Positions 8,299 to 18,258 of a stretch of 28,203 nt of DNA are shown in pieces. Position numbers and translations under genes: made by a program. How positions within the stretch are numbered: the stretch's first letter is position 1; the number at the start of each line of letters is the position of its first letter. The stretch covers positions 1 through 28,203 of the forward strand of contig WLTJ01000001.1 of the NCBI GenBank assembly GCA_009705435.1. Direction: 5' to 3'. Source of the DNA: Actinomycetota bacterium (GTDB taxonomy: Bacteria > Actinomycetota > Acidimicrobiia > Acidimicrobiales > Ilumatobacteraceae). Under the pieces are notes generated by a model. The model was not told the origin of the DNA and did not search any database. It saw nothing but the letters and a program-made list of their open reading frames with translations.

Positions 8299-9159
8299 TT
8301 AGGAGAAGGTGGGGTCGACCCAATCCGGAAACACATCAGGTAATCCGTCGCTGACTTTGACGGGGAAGTTCGCTGGCCGTTTCTCTAAGAAACTCATCAC
8401 GCCTTCTTTGGCATCCGCGCTGGCCCCACGTGAATTGATTGCCCGCGAATCCATCCGATGAGCATCCATGGGATGATCGGCGCCGAGCATGCGCCACAAC
8501 ATCTGGCGACTCAACGCCACCGAGACTGGGGCCGTATTTTCAGCGATCTCACGCCCAATGGCCCGCGCCGCGCCCAGTAAATCACTGGCCTCATGCACAC
8601 TGCGCACCAAGCGACCTTCCTTGGCCTCAGCGGCGCTGATCATTCGCCCCGTGAAACACCATTCAGCGGCTTGCGAAATGCCGACAATCCTCGGCAAGAA
8701 CCAACTACTAGCTGCCTCTGGAACAATCCCTCGCTTGGCAAACACAAAACCGAATTTCGCTTGATCACTAGCCAATCGAATATCCATCGGCAGAGTCATC
8801 GTCACGCCGACTCCTACTGCTGCCCCGTTGATGGCTCCAATAACTGGTTTCTTGCTCTCAAAGATTCGCAGCGAAACCAAACCTCCACCATCGCGCATGA
8901 CTCCCGATTTGGCTTTGACATCGCTGCCACCTTTAGCGAAAGTCTCTCCACCACTTGATAAGTCGGCACCTGCACAAAAAGCGCGACCTGCACCGGTGAC
9001 GATTACCGCCCGAACGTTGTCATCGGCATCAGTCTCGTCGAAAGCCGAAATGATTTCTTTGAGCATTCGATTAGTAAACGCGTTTAACTTCTCGGGGCGA
9101 TTGAGAGTGATCGTCGCAATCTGCTCGGAAACCTCGTAGATGATCTCTTGATAAGCCAT
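8299..9159 (-). CDS. Crotonase/enoyl-CoA hydratase family protein
   Basis: TLNRPEKLNA, FCAGADL, AVGVGVTM, RGIVPEAA and C-terminal FLEKR. Confidence 0.92.
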   Translation of the reverse strand: MAYQEIIYEVSEQIATITLNRPEKLNAFTNRMLKEIISAFDETDADDNVRAVIVTGAGRAFCAGADLSSGGETFAKGGSDVKAKSGVMRDGGGLVSLRIFESKKPVIGAINGAAVGVGVTMTLPMDIRLASDQAKFGFVFAKRGIVPEAASSWFLPRIVGISQAAEWCFTGRMISAAEAKEGRLVRSVHEASDLLGAARAIGREIAENTAPVSVALSRQMLWRMLGADHPMDAHRMDSRAINSRGASADAKEGVMSFLEKRPANFPVKVSDGLPDVFPDWVDPTFS

Positions 9160-9165
9160 TCTGTC

Positions 9166-9171
9166 ACCCTA
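9166..9171 (-). promoter_or_regulatory. -10 element (TAGGGT) of the leaderless crotonase, internal to the ftsX-crotonase gap
   Basis: TAGGGT-GACAGA-ATG, 6-nt spacer. Confidence 0.65.
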
Positions 9172-9179
9172 ATCGGGCG

Positions 9180-10082
9180 TCAGACGTCGAGGAAACGTGA
9201 AGCAGCAATGCCTGAGCCCACGGCACCGGCAATCGCTCCGATGAGCAACAAAATGACCATCACAAATCGCATATATCCATCTGTGACAACCAAAGCTGCC
9301 AACTCGGTGTCATTGAAATCTGCAACTGCCCCAGACCACGCCGTGTTCAATCCCCACAGCCCGAGGCACGATAAAACACCACCGATCACACCTTGCAGAA
9401 GACCTTCAAGCATGAACGGAATACGAATAAACCAGTTCGTTGCACCCACTAACTTCATCACTTCAATCTCTCGACGGCGGGCGAACATGGCAGTCCGTAC
9501 GGTATTCCAGATCAACCCCACCGCAACAACTAAAAGCACGATGGACATCACCGTTGTGGCCACACGAATAAATTGCGAGACGCGGGCCACCACATCAAAG
9601 ACATCTTGGGCGTAGGCCACTTCACGAACACCTGGAATATTGCGGAATTGTTCACCAAGTTCACGAATCAAATTTGAGTCCTGCGAAACAGGTACGACTT
9701 TAAATTGCGAAGGAATATTCGCTGGAGTCAACAGTCGTAATGTGCCGGGATCTCCAGCAAACAACTTCTCGGCCTCGGCGTAACTCTCAGCCTGATTGAG
9801 GTAGCGCAATTTCGCAACATCAATAATTGAGGCTTGAGATTCCAACGCCCCTTTGATGACTTCAATCTGTGTGGCATCAGCATCTGATCGGACATACACG
9901 ATGAGTTCAACATCGCCTTTCCAACGAGTCAGCAAGTTATCAAAAGCGCGCTGAATGAGAAACGTTGAACCAACGAGCAAGAGTGACACGGCAGATGTCA
10001 CCACAGCGGCTCCAGTGAGGGTGATATTGCGCCTGAAACTCACCCATGTCTCCCGCAATGCATAGCTAATTCGCGTCAACAT
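9180..10082 (-). CDS. ftsX: Cell-division permease FtsX
   Basis: SFRRN N-terminus, four TM segments, extracellular loop and ARRREIEVMKLVGAT motif; coupled to ftsE by a TGATG overlap. Confidence 0.95.
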   Translation of the reverse strand: MLTRISYALRETWVSFRRNITLTGAAVVTSAVSLLLVGSTFLIQRAFDNLLTRWKGDVELIVYVRSDADATQIEVIKGALESQASIIDVAKLRYLNQAESYAEAEKLFAGDPGTLRLLTPANIPSQFKVVPVSQDSNLIRELGEQFRNIPGVREVAYAQDVFDVVARVSQFIRVATTVMSIVLLVVAVGLIWNTVRTAMFARRREIEVMKLVGATNWFIRIPFMLEGLLQGVIGGVLSCLGLWGLNTAWSGAVADFNDTELAALVVTDGYMRFVMVILLLIGAIAGAVGSGIAASRFLDV

Positions 10083-10759
10083 CAGTCGTACACCCCACGC
10101 TCTTGGTCGCGCACAATGACACCGCGATCTAACTGCACAACTCGACGGCGCATCATATTCACGATGCGCTGATCATGTGTCGCCATCACCACAGTTGTGC
10201 CCGTGGTATTGATGCGCTCGAGTAGCCGCATAATCCCTTCGCCCGTGGCGGGGTCAAGGTTTCCAGTCGGCTCATCAGCTAACAAAATCAAGGGCCGATT
10301 CACAAAGGCACGCGCAATGGACACTCGTTGTTGTTCTCCACCCGACAGCTGGTGCGGGAAGCGATCACCTTTGTCGGCCAAACCGACAAGATCAAGAACA
10401 GCAGGAACCTGCTGGGCAATCACATGCTTGGGACGGCCAATCACTTCAAGGGCGAAAGCCACATTCTCCGAAACGGTTTTGTTTAACAGCAATTTGTAAT
10501 CCTGAAAGATATTTCCGAGGTTGCGGCGCAAATATGGGACCTTTGATTCAGCAATCTCATTGATATTTTGCCCCGCAACCCACACCGCTCCGCGTTCGGG
10601 CTGTTCTTGGCGGTTGATCAGGCGCAACAAAGTGGACTTTCCCGAGCCAGACGGACCCACCATGAATATGAATTCGCCCTTGGCGATCTCAAAAGATGCA
10701 TCGCGAACCGCAGGTGCTTCCGATCCATAAGTTTTGGTGACATTATCTAAACGAATCAT
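10082..10759 (-). CDS. ftsE: Cell-division ATP-binding protein FtsE
   Basis: Walker A GPSGSGKS, signature LSGGEQQR and [17 protein letters not shown] at 10769-10764. Confidence 0.97.
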   Translation of the reverse strand: MIRLDNVTKTYGSEAPAVRDASFEIAKGEFIFMVGPSGSGKSTLLRLINRQEQPERGAVWVAGQNINEIAESKVPYLRRNLGNIFQDYKLLLNKTVSENVAFALEVIGRPKHVIAQQVPAVLDLVGLADKGDRFPHQLSGGEQQRVSIARAFVNRPLILLADEPTGNLDPATGEGIMRLLERINTTGTTVVMATHDQRIVNMMRRRVVQLDRGVIVRDQERGVYD

Positions 10760-10834
10760 CTGACTCCTTGAGCTAGCGAGGGCTCAAACATCGGTCCTTC
10801 TATGGCAAGTAGACAGATTACCAGCGCGCTTGGT

Positions 10835-11938
10835 CTAGGTCTCGTCACCCGAACGACGCCAACGCAAGTAACCAACCATAAATTCATCGAGATCGCCATC
10901 CAGAACTGACTCAACACTGCTGGATTCGATATTTGTCCGCAGATCTTTCACCATCTGATATGGCTGCAAGACATAACTGCGAATCTGACTGCCCCAGCCC
11001 ACCGTGGCCTGCTTGCCAGCAATGCGCGCCAATTCCTCTTGATGTTCTTCTTCAATCTTGGCTGCAACCATTGCCTTGAGGCGATTCATCGCTTTTTCAC
11101 GGTTCTGCAACTGACTGCGTTCTTCTTGGGACGATGAAACCAATCCCGTCGGCTCATGGATCAGTCGTACAGCAGATGATGTTTTGTTGACATGTTGCCC
11201 ACCCGCACCCGAGGCACGAAATACTTCCATGCGCACGTCAGTCTCATCAATCTCAATATCTGGGTTTTCCATCGCCGGCCACACTTGCACTGCAGAAAAA
11301 CTTGTTTGACGGCGGCCCTGATTATCAAAAGGGCTAATCCGTACCAGACGATGGGTACCGCGCTCTGAGGTCATCAGGCCGTAGGCATAGCGGCCTTTAA
11401 GAGTGAACTCAACAGACATGATGCCAGCTTCAGTCCCGGCTGAGATGTCATCTATTTCAAAGCCCAGACCACGACGTTCCGCCCATCGTTGATACATCCG
11501 TAAGAGAATTTCACTCCAGTCCTGAGCATCAACACCACCGTCTTTGGTATTGATGTGCACGATGCAATCCAATTCATCATGCTCTCCCGTAAAGAGGCTG
11601 CGCATCTCCAGACCACTTAACTGCTCTGCGATGGTTTTAACTCCCGCTTCAATCTCATTTTCTTGAGAGGCATCATCCACCTCACGAGCCATCTCATGAA
11701 GAACCTCAACATCCTCAAGTTGGCGCGCCAAAACATCGTAAATCTCAATATCGCCCTTGGTATTGGAATATTCAGTATTCAGTTTCTTGGCCAAATTTTG
11801 GTCATCCCAGAGACCAGGTTTAGATACTTCAATTTCAAGTTCCCGAAAGCGCTCACGCTGAGCTTCAATTTTGAGATAGACATTGGCTTCAGAAAGCCGG
11901 CGGCTGACGTCGCGCAAATCGTCCGTAAAATCGCGCAT
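10835..11938 (-). CDS. prfB: Peptide chain release factor 2
   Basis: SPF anticodon-mimic (ISPFD) and GGQ (GAGGQHVN). Single uninterrupted frame. Confidence 0.97.
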   Translation of the reverse strand: MRDFTDDLRDVSRRLSEANVYLKIEAQRERFRELEIEVSKPGLWDDQNLAKKLNTEYSNTKGDIEIYDVLARQLEDVEVLHEMAREVDDASQENEIEAGVKTIAEQLSGLEMRSLFTGEHDELDCIVHINTKDGGVDAQDWSEILLRMYQRWAERRGLGFEIDDISAGTEAGIMSVEFTLKGRYAYGLMTSERGTHRLVRISPFDNQGRRQTSFSAVQVWPAMENPDIEIDETDVRMEVFRASGAGGQHVNKTSSAVRLIHEPTGLVSSSQEERSQLQNREKAMNRLKAMVAAKIEEEHQEELARIAGKQATVGWGSQIRSYVLQPYQMVKDLRTNIESSSVESVLDGDLDEFMVGYLRWRRSGDET

Positions 11939-11944
11939 CAGAAT

Positions 11945-14704
11945 TCAGTTCTTGCCGTGGCACATTTTGAATTTTTTACCCGAGCCACACGGGCATACGG
12001 CGTTACGCGGAGTCTTTGACCAACCCTCATTAACAATTGGTTGTTGTTTTACTGGAGCACTTGGTTGCGGCCCATCCACACCGAGATTGGCGGCCTGGTC
12101 TGCAGCAGCCGAAGGAGCCTCAGATTTCAACTGCTGAATATTCTGCACAATCGGCGCAGGCTGATCATTTTGAACAACTTGTACATGCATCACATATTTC
12201 ACGAAATCTTGGGCAATTCCCTTGATCATTGAGCCAAACATCTCATAGCCCTCACGCTGCCATTCTGAAAGCGGATCTTTTTGACCCATGGCCCGCAGAT
12301 TGATTCCTTCTTGCAAATAATCCATTTCCTCGAGATGTTCGCGCCAACGCTGGTCGATAATTCGCAACATCACTTGACGCTCAACATCGCGCATGACAAC
12401 CGGTGTCAGTTCCACTTCGCGCTGTTCGTAGTACGCCGTGGCATTGATCATCACAATGTCATACATCTTGTTCGTTGAATCGCACTGAGCCAAGTCATTG
12501 AGGCTTAACTCATTGGGCCAATAGGTCTTGAGCTCTTTACTGAGACCTTCGAGGTCCCATTCGTCATCAACCTCGCTCACGCAGTATGTCTCAATCAGCG
12601 AGTCGACGGCTTCGGCCATGTATTCAAGAGCCTCAACCTTAAGATCTGCACCATCAAGAATTTGATCACGGCGCATGTAAATAACTTTGCGCTGCTCGTT
12701 CATGACTTCGTCATACTTCAAAACATTTTTTCGAATTTCAGCGTTACGAGTTTCAACCGTGCCCTGCGCGCGCTCAATCGCCTTGGTCACCATTTTGTGT
12801 TCAATTGCTTCATCCTCGGGGAGGGCGCGACCCATGACCCAACTCAAGGCACCAGTGGCAAACAAACGCATTAATTCATCTTCAAGACTGAGGTAGAAAC
12901 GTGTTGATCCCGGGTCGCCTTGGCGACCAGAACGACCGCGCAATTGGTTGTCAATACGACGGCTTTCATGTCGTTCTGAACCAATCACATACAAGCCACC
13001 GGCAGCACGAACTTGCTCACCTTCCGCTTGGCAACGAGCTGAAATTTCTTTGAGCAACACCTCGTAGCGCGACTGCGCCACCTGTCGTGCCGTGCGATAC
13101 TCCTCGGGCATGTCTGCTAGCGGCAGCGGCAAAGAAAATTCGTCAGCCAAAGTATCCGCAGCATGACCTTCACTGAGAACAGCAACACGTGTAAGTCCTT
13201 CTGGATTACCGCCCAAAATAATGTCCACTCCACGACCAGCCATGTTGGTAGCAACGGTCACTGCTCCTAATCGACCTGCCTGAGTCACGATTTCGGCCTC
13301 ACGTGTGTGCTGCTTAGCGTTGAGGACCTCATGCTTGACCCCATTTTTGGTGAGTATTCGTGCGAGGTGCTCACTCTTTGCAACGCTGACGGTTCCAATC
13401 AGAACTGGTTGGCCATTGGCATTACGTTCAATGATGTCCTCGACGACCGCATTGAATTTTGCCTCTTCTGATTTGAAAATAAGGTCAGCGGCATCTTCAC
13501 GTACGACGACACGGTTTGTCGGGATTGGCACCACCTGCAGGTCGTAGGTGTTCATCAACTCGGCCGCTTCAGTCTGCGCAGTTCCGGTCATACCCGACAA
13601 CTTGGTGTACATACGGAAATAGTTCTGCAGAGTAATCGTCGCCAGGGTTTGATTCTCTTCTTTAATCTTGACGCCTTCTTTGGCTTCCACCGCCTGGTGA
13701 ATACCTTCGCTCCAACGACGACCTTCGAGAATGCGGCCCGTAAATTCATCGACGATCTTCACTTCGCCACCCTGAATGATGTAGTCCTTATCGCGGCGGT
13801 ACAACTCTTTGGCCTTCAATGCCACCTGCAATTGGTGAACAAGATTGCGTTGCACTTCGTCATAGAGATTTTCTAAACCAAGTTCGGCTTCAACCCGCTC
13901 AATACCTGCCTCAGTGGGCATGACAATGCGCTTATCTTCTTCAACCTCGTAATCAACATCGCGCTTCAGAGCACGCACTATGGATGCAAAGCGATAGTAC
14001 AAGTTGGCGGCATCGGCCACTCGACCAGAAATGATCAACGGAGTACGTGCTTCGTCAATCAGAATTGAGTCCACTTCGTCAACGATGGCGAAGGAATGCC
14101 CGCGTTGAACTTTGTTGGCTTTAGTGGGCGCCATATTGTCGCGCAGATAGTCAAAACCAAATTCGTTGTTTGTTCCGTATGTGATGTCGGCGGCGTAGTC
14201 GGCGCGCTTTTGCGCTGGTTGCTCCCGATGACCAGGCACGACTAATCCGACACTGAGACCGAGCCAGCGGTGAATGCGACCCATCCACTCAGAGTCACGA
14301 CGAGCGAGATAATCGTTGACTGTGATGAGGTGTACACCCTGACCAGAAAGTCCATTGAGATAAGCGGGCAAAGTTGAGACAAGCGTCTTACCTTCACCTG
14401 TTTTCATTTCCGCGACCCAACCGAAGTGCAGAGCCGCTCCACCCATCATTTGGACGTCGTAGTGGCGTTGACCGATGACTCGATCTGCCCCTTCGCGGAC
14501 CACGGCAAAGGCCTCCGTCAAAAGATCGTCCAGCGATTCGCCGCGCTCCAAGCGGGAGCGAAACTCCCCTGTTTTTGCTTTCAGGTCATCGTCGGACAAG
14601 GACTTGAAAGCGTCGGCGTAGGCGTTGATATCAGGAACTAGACCCTCAAGGGCCTTGAGCTTCTTGCCTTCACCGGCCCGCAGGATGCGATCGAGGATTC
14701 CCAT
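11945..14704 (-). CDS. secA: Preprotein translocase ATPase SecA
   Basis: MKTGEGKT, DEVDSILIDEARTP, ATNMAGRG, QLRGRSGRQG and C-terminal SEC-C motif CPCGSGKKFKMCHG. Confidence 0.99.
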   Translation of the reverse strand: MGILDRILRAGEGKKLKALEGLVPDINAYADAFKSLSDDDLKAKTGEFRSRLERGESLDDLLTEAFAVVREGADRVIGQRHYDVQMMGGAALHFGWVAEMKTGEGKTLVSTLPAYLNGLSGQGVHLITVNDYLARRDSEWMGRIHRWLGLSVGLVVPGHREQPAQKRADYAADITYGTNNEFGFDYLRDNMAPTKANKVQRGHSFAIVDEVDSILIDEARTPLIISGRVADAANLYYRFASIVRALKRDVDYEVEEDKRIVMPTEAGIERVEAELGLENLYDEVQRNLVHQLQVALKAKELYRRDKDYIIQGGEVKIVDEFTGRILEGRRWSEGIHQAVEAKEGVKIKEENQTLATITLQNYFRMYTKLSGMTGTAQTEAAELMNTYDLQVVPIPTNRVVVREDAADLIFKSEEAKFNAVVEDIIERNANGQPVLIGTVSVAKSEHLARILTKNGVKHEVLNAKQHTREAEIVTQAGRLGAVTVATNMAGRGVDIILGGNPEGLTRVAVLSEGHAADTLADEFSLPLPLADMPEEYRTARQVAQSRYEVLLKEISARCQAEGEQVRAAGGLYVIGSERHESRRIDNQLRGRSGRQGDPGSTRFYLSLEDELMRLFATGALSWVMGRALPEDEAIEHKMVTKAIERAQGTVETRNAEIRKNVLKYDEVMNEQRKVIYMRRDQILDGADLKVEALEYMAEAVDSLIETYCVSEVDDEWDLEGLSKELKTYWPNELSLNDLAQCDSTNKMYDIVMINATAYYEQREVELTPVVMRDVERQVMLRIIDQRWREHLEEMDYLQEGINLRAMGQKDPLSEWQREGYEMFGSMIKGIAQDFVKYVMHVQVVQNDQPAPIVQNIQQLKSEAPSAAADQAANLGVDGPQPSAPVKQQPIVNEGWSKTPRNAVCPCGSGKKFKMCHGKN

Positions 14705-14740
14705 GCAGGTATAGAGCCTACCGTCGGGTAGCCCGAGCCT

Positions 14741-14786
14741 AGGGGTCGCCTAAAATTCACCGAAGAATGCTTTATCAGCGACCCTT
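14741..14786. repeat. Inverted repeat in the secA/HAD divergent intergenic region
   Basis: AGGGGTCGC (14741-14749) and GCGACCCTT (14778-14786): 7-bp perfect core GGGTCGC/GCGACCC with a 28-nt spacer. Confidence 0.45.
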
Positions 14787-14792
14787 ATTCGG

Positions 14793-14798
14793 CAGACT
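14793..14798 (+). promoter_or_regulatory. -10 element (CAGACT) of the leaderless HAD gene
   Basis: CAGACT-CTACGG-GTG supports GTG 14805 over ATG 14847 as the start. Confidence 0.5.
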
Positions 14799-14804
14799 CT
14801 ACGG

Positions 14805-15485
14805 GTGACATTGCCCTCAGAAAAGCCAGTTCCCGCCACCGACCGCATGATTGACGCCGTGATTTTTGATTTCGGCGGGGTTTTGGCCAGTAATGGACGG
14901 CCATCCGATGTCATTAAACGTTTCCCCAATGATCCACCTGACAAAGTCTTGAAGGTCATGATGGGCGATTATGGTCAAGACACTGATCATCCGTGGCATC
15001 GCCTTGAGCGCGGCGAGATCACGATGTCGCAATATCGCACGGATTTGGGAGTTCTAGTTCTTGAGGCTGGATTGCAACCGATTCAGCTTCCACCCGATAC
15101 CGGAAAATCAACATTTATTGGGATTACCTTTGAGCCCTGTGAGCCGATTATCACCTTGGTCCATGAACTCAAAACAGCTGGATTCCGTTTGGGCGTACTC
15201 ACTAACAATGTTCGTGAATTGCGCAGTGTGTGGTGGCCAATGATGGACTTCAATAATATTTTTGACGATGTTGTGGACAGTCATGAAGTGGGAATGCGTA
15301 AGCCAAACGGCGCCATTTATCGTCTCGCCCTTGAACGACTTGGTGCCGTCGCCGAGCGCACCGCCTTTTTAGATGATGCCCAATCCAATGTGGACGCAGC
15401 CAGTGCTGTTGGGTTGCACGGTGTATGGGTTGAAGAAGACCCAACTTCTGCTGTACGGACATTGCGCAGCCTCGCAGGTCTTTAG
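14805..15485 (+). CDS. HAD-superfamily phosphatase (subfamily IA, epoxide-hydrolase N-terminal-like)
   Basis: Motif I AVIFDFGGV, II VLTNN, III GMRKP and IV FLDD. Confidence 0.92.
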   Translation: MTLPSEKPVPATDRMIDAVIFDFGGVLASNGRPSDVIKRFPNDPPDKVLKVMMGDYGQDTDHPWHRLERGEITMSQYRTDLGVLVLEAGLQPIQLPPDTGKSTFIGITFEPCEPIITLVHELKTAGFRLGVLTNNVRELRSVWWPMMDFNNIFDDVVDSHEVGMRKPNGAIYRLALERLGAVAERTAFLDDAQSNVDAASAVGLHGVWVEEDPTSAVRTLRSLAGL

Positions 15486-16117
15486 CCGTTTCTCCGCTCG
15501 GGCGTAGCTGCGACAGCGAATAAGCCAACTTGATGTGCTCCCGCCAATTCAAGGGCGTGTGCTGCCGCTTTCAGGGTGCTACCAGTTGTCACCACATCGT
15601 CAATGACTAATACGCTCACCGCTCGACGTAATGGACGGGCTCGAAATAATGGTCCATGCAGACGCTCTTCACGATTTCGCCCCGTCTGGGGCCGACTGTG
15701 ATCGCGATACAACAGTCGGCGACAGGGAATGCCTAATTGACGAGCCACTGCGCGCGCTAAAAGTTCGGACTGATCGTAGCCACGTCGTCTGCGTCGCGAT
15801 GATGACGTGGGCGCCCATGTGACAACCTCGAAAGTCAGAGCATCTGGATCATCGCGGACTGACTTCACTAACTGTCGTGCGAGGATCGTTACTGCACGCC
15901 GTTGATTGCGATATTTCAAACCACGAATGAGTTCTTGCGTCTGCCCATCAAGAAGATCTGATGCTGTAATCCCCGCTGCTGTGGTCGTGGCACTCTGATG
16001 ATCAACTTGACAAGACTCACACAGCCGAACCAGATGACCCGTTTGGTCACGCTTGAAGCCTGCGGGGGCGATCCGAAAGAGTTGACGACATGAGGTGCAG
16101 GCAAGAGCGGTGAACAT
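15482..16117 (-). CDS. comF: ComF-family phosphoribosyltransferase with N-terminal zinc ribbon
   Basis: CTSC...CESC, LKY, RRRGYDQS and PRPP-binding VLVIDDVVTTGSTL. Confidence 0.9.
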   Translation of the reverse strand: MFTALACTSCRQLFRIAPAGFKRDQTGHLVRLCESCQVDHQSATTTAAGITASDLLDGQTQELIRGLKYRNQRRAVTILARQLVKSVRDDPDALTFEVVTWAPTSSSRRRRRGYDQSELLARAVARQLGIPCRRLLYRDHSRPQTGRNREERLHGPLFRARPLRRAVSVLVIDDVVTTGSTLKAAAHALELAGAHQVGLFAVAATPERRNG

Positions 16118-16157
16118 GAAGCCATTTCATCATGGGGGTATGGCAGAGCTCGGGAAA

Positions 16158-16769
16158 TCAGGCGTGTTGAGACTGGCGAACCGAAACCAACGGCAATAAG
16201 AACTGCACCAAAGGCCCAATACCGAACATAAACACCACGGTCCCGATACCGACCTTACCCCCAAGCAATTGACCTGCTACGAGGACTGTTACTTCGATCA
16301 AGGTGCGCGCCAGGCGAATACTCAGGAACCGTCCAAAAAATTTCCGCTTAGTCATTCCGAGCATGATCCCATCGCGTGGCCCCGAACCCAAATCTGATCC
16401 GAGATACATCGCTGTTCCGATGCCCACGACAACGAGTCCGGCCAGTACCAGCAAAAGTCGCACGGCGAGATTATTCGTTTCACCGAAGAACTGCTTGCTG
16501 ACATTCACCATCAGCCCGATTTCAAGAGCGTTCAAAATCGTTCCTAAACCTGGTTTTTGACGCAAAGGAATCCACAACAGCAAGAGCAATAAACCTGTTC
16601 CGACAATCACAATGCCCACTGAAATATCGAGGCGTTCGGCAACACCCGTATGAAAAATATCCCACGGTGCCAAACCAAGATCAGCGCGAATAAATAATGT
16701 GATCCCGATACCGAAAAGAGCCAATCCGGTTACACACCGAAGCAACTTCTCAGCAAAAAGTTTTGTCAT
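16158..16769 (-). CDS. YczE/YyaS/YitT-family membrane protein
   Basis: LGLAPWDIFH, PGLGTILN, LGSGPRDGIM and GGKVGIGTV signature motifs. The start overlaps the ahcY stop (TGATG). Confidence 0.88.
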   Translation of the reverse strand: MTKLFAEKLLRCVTGLALFGIGITLFIRADLGLAPWDIFHTGVAERLDISVGIVIVGTGLLLLLLWIPLRQKPGLGTILNALEIGLMVNVSKQFFGETNNLAVRLLLVLAGLVVVGIGTAMYLGSDLGSGPRDGIMLGMTKRKFFGRFLSIRLARTLIEVTVLVAGQLLGGKVGIGTVVFMFGIGPLVQFLLPLVSVRQSQHA

Positions 16770-18220
16770 CAGTAGCGGTAACGCTCAGACTTAAATGGAC
16801 CCGATGGAGCGACGCCCAAATACTCGGCCTGCTCATCTGTGAGTTTTGTCAACTTTACACCTAAGGCGCCGAGGTGCAGTGAAGCTACCTTCTCGTCAAG
16901 ATGCTTAGGTAACACGTACACACCTAACGGATATGCCGCGAGATTAGTGAACAATTCGATTTGGGCGATGACCTGATTAGAGAATGAACAACTCATCACG
17001 AAACTTGGGTGACCAGTAGCGCAACCGAGGTTCACTAAGCGTCCTTCAGCCAAAACGATGATCGCATGCCCATCAGGGAATGACCAGAGGTCGGTGCCAG
17101 GCTTCAGTTCATCGCGGGTCGCTCCGCTACGTGCCAGACCAGCCATGTCAATTTCTGAGTCAAAGTGCCCAATATTGCAGACGATTGCGTTGTGCTTCAT
17201 TTTTGCCATGTGCTCAACAGTGATGATGTGATCGTTGCCTGTCGCGGAAACAAAAATATCTATTTCGTGAATCACATCTTCAAGAGTGGTTACTTGGTAA
17301 CCCTCCATCGCTGCCTGCAAAGCGTTGATCGGATCAACTTCGGTGATGATCACTCGTGCACCTTGACCACGCAGTGCCTGAGCACAACCCTTGCCGACAT
17401 CTCCATAACCACAGACAACGGCAACCTTGCCAGCGATCATCACATCGGTGGCCCGGCAGATGGCGTCAATGAGCGAATGGCGACAGCCGTACAAGTTGTC
17501 AAACTTCGACTTCGTCACCGAGTCGTTGACGTTGATCGCTGGGAACAACAACTCGTTGCGCTCCGCCATTTTGTAGAGGCGCATAACTCCAGTCGTTGTC
17601 TCTTCGGTGACACCCTTCACTCCAGCGGCCATCCGAGTCCATTTGTTGGGTTCGGTCTTGAGGCCGCGCTGCAATAAACCGAGCACGATGGCAAGTTCCG
17701 GATTGGAAGCCGATGTTGGATCTGGAACTACGCCAGTCTTTTCGTACTCCACACCCTTATGCAACAAGAATGTGGCATCACCGCCATCGTCAAGAATCAT
17801 GTTCGGACCATCACCATCAGGCCATGTCATCATTTGCTCGGTGCACCACCAGTACTCCTCGAGGGTTTCACCTTTCCAGGCAAAAACTGGCACGCCATCG
17901 GGACTATCCAAAGTTCCGTGAGGACCAACCGCAATGGCGGCAGCGGCGTGATCTTGGGTTGAGAAAATATTGCAGGATGCCCAACGAACTTCCGCTCCCA
18001 ATTCGACCAAAGTCTCAATAAGGACTGCCGTCTGAATGGTCATATGCAATGAACCAGAGATACGCGCACCCTTGAGTGGCTTAGTTGCTCCATACTCTTT
18101 GCGCAAAGCGCGAAGACCGGGCATCTCATGCTCGGCAAGATGAATCTCCTTGCGCCCAAAAGGGGCCATAGAAAGATCGGCGACGCGGAAGTCTTTACGT
18201 TCGGCAAATGAAGATGACAT
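16769..18220 (-). CDS. ahcY: Adenosylhomocysteinase (SAH hydrolase)
   Basis: [39 protein letters not shown] and GYGDVGKG. The start is revised from 18274 to ATG 18220, which has SD AAGGAG (18232-18227) 6 nt upstream. Confidence 0.98.
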   Translation of the reverse strand: MSSSFAERKDFRVADLSMAPFGRKEIHLAEHEMPGLRALRKEYGATKPLKGARISGSLHMTIQTAVLIETLVELGAEVRWASCNIFSTQDHAAAAIAVGPHGTLDSPDGVPVFAWKGETLEEYWWCTEQMMTWPDGDGPNMILDDGGDATFLLHKGVEYEKTGVVPDPTSASNPELAIVLGLLQRGLKTEPNKWTRMAAGVKGVTEETTTGVMRLYKMAERNELLFPAINVNDSVTKSKFDNLYGCRHSLIDAICRATDVMIAGKVAVVCGYGDVGKGCAQALRGQGARVIITEVDPINALQAAMEGYQVTTLEDVIHEIDIFVSATGNDHIITVEHMAKMKHNAIVCNIGHFDSEIDMAGLARSGATRDELKPGTDLWSFPDGHAIIVLAEGRLVNLGCATGHPSFVMSCSFSNQVIAQIELFTNLAAYPLGVYVLPKHLDEKVASLHLGALGVKLTKLTDEQAEYLGVAPSGPFKSERYRY

Positions 18221-18258
18221 GTGGGGCTCCTTGATAGAAATCTGACAACGGGTGAGAC

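Noticed and set aside
10764-10787. Hairpin TTGAGC-N8-GCTCAA touching the ftsE SD
   Set aside because: The stem is only 6-7 bp and covers just the edge of the SD; too weak to claim regulation.
10835-11938. Programmed +1 frameshift in prfB
   Set aside because: The frame is continuous. The equivalent site reads TAT CTC AAA rather than CTT TGA C, which is normal for Actinobacteria.
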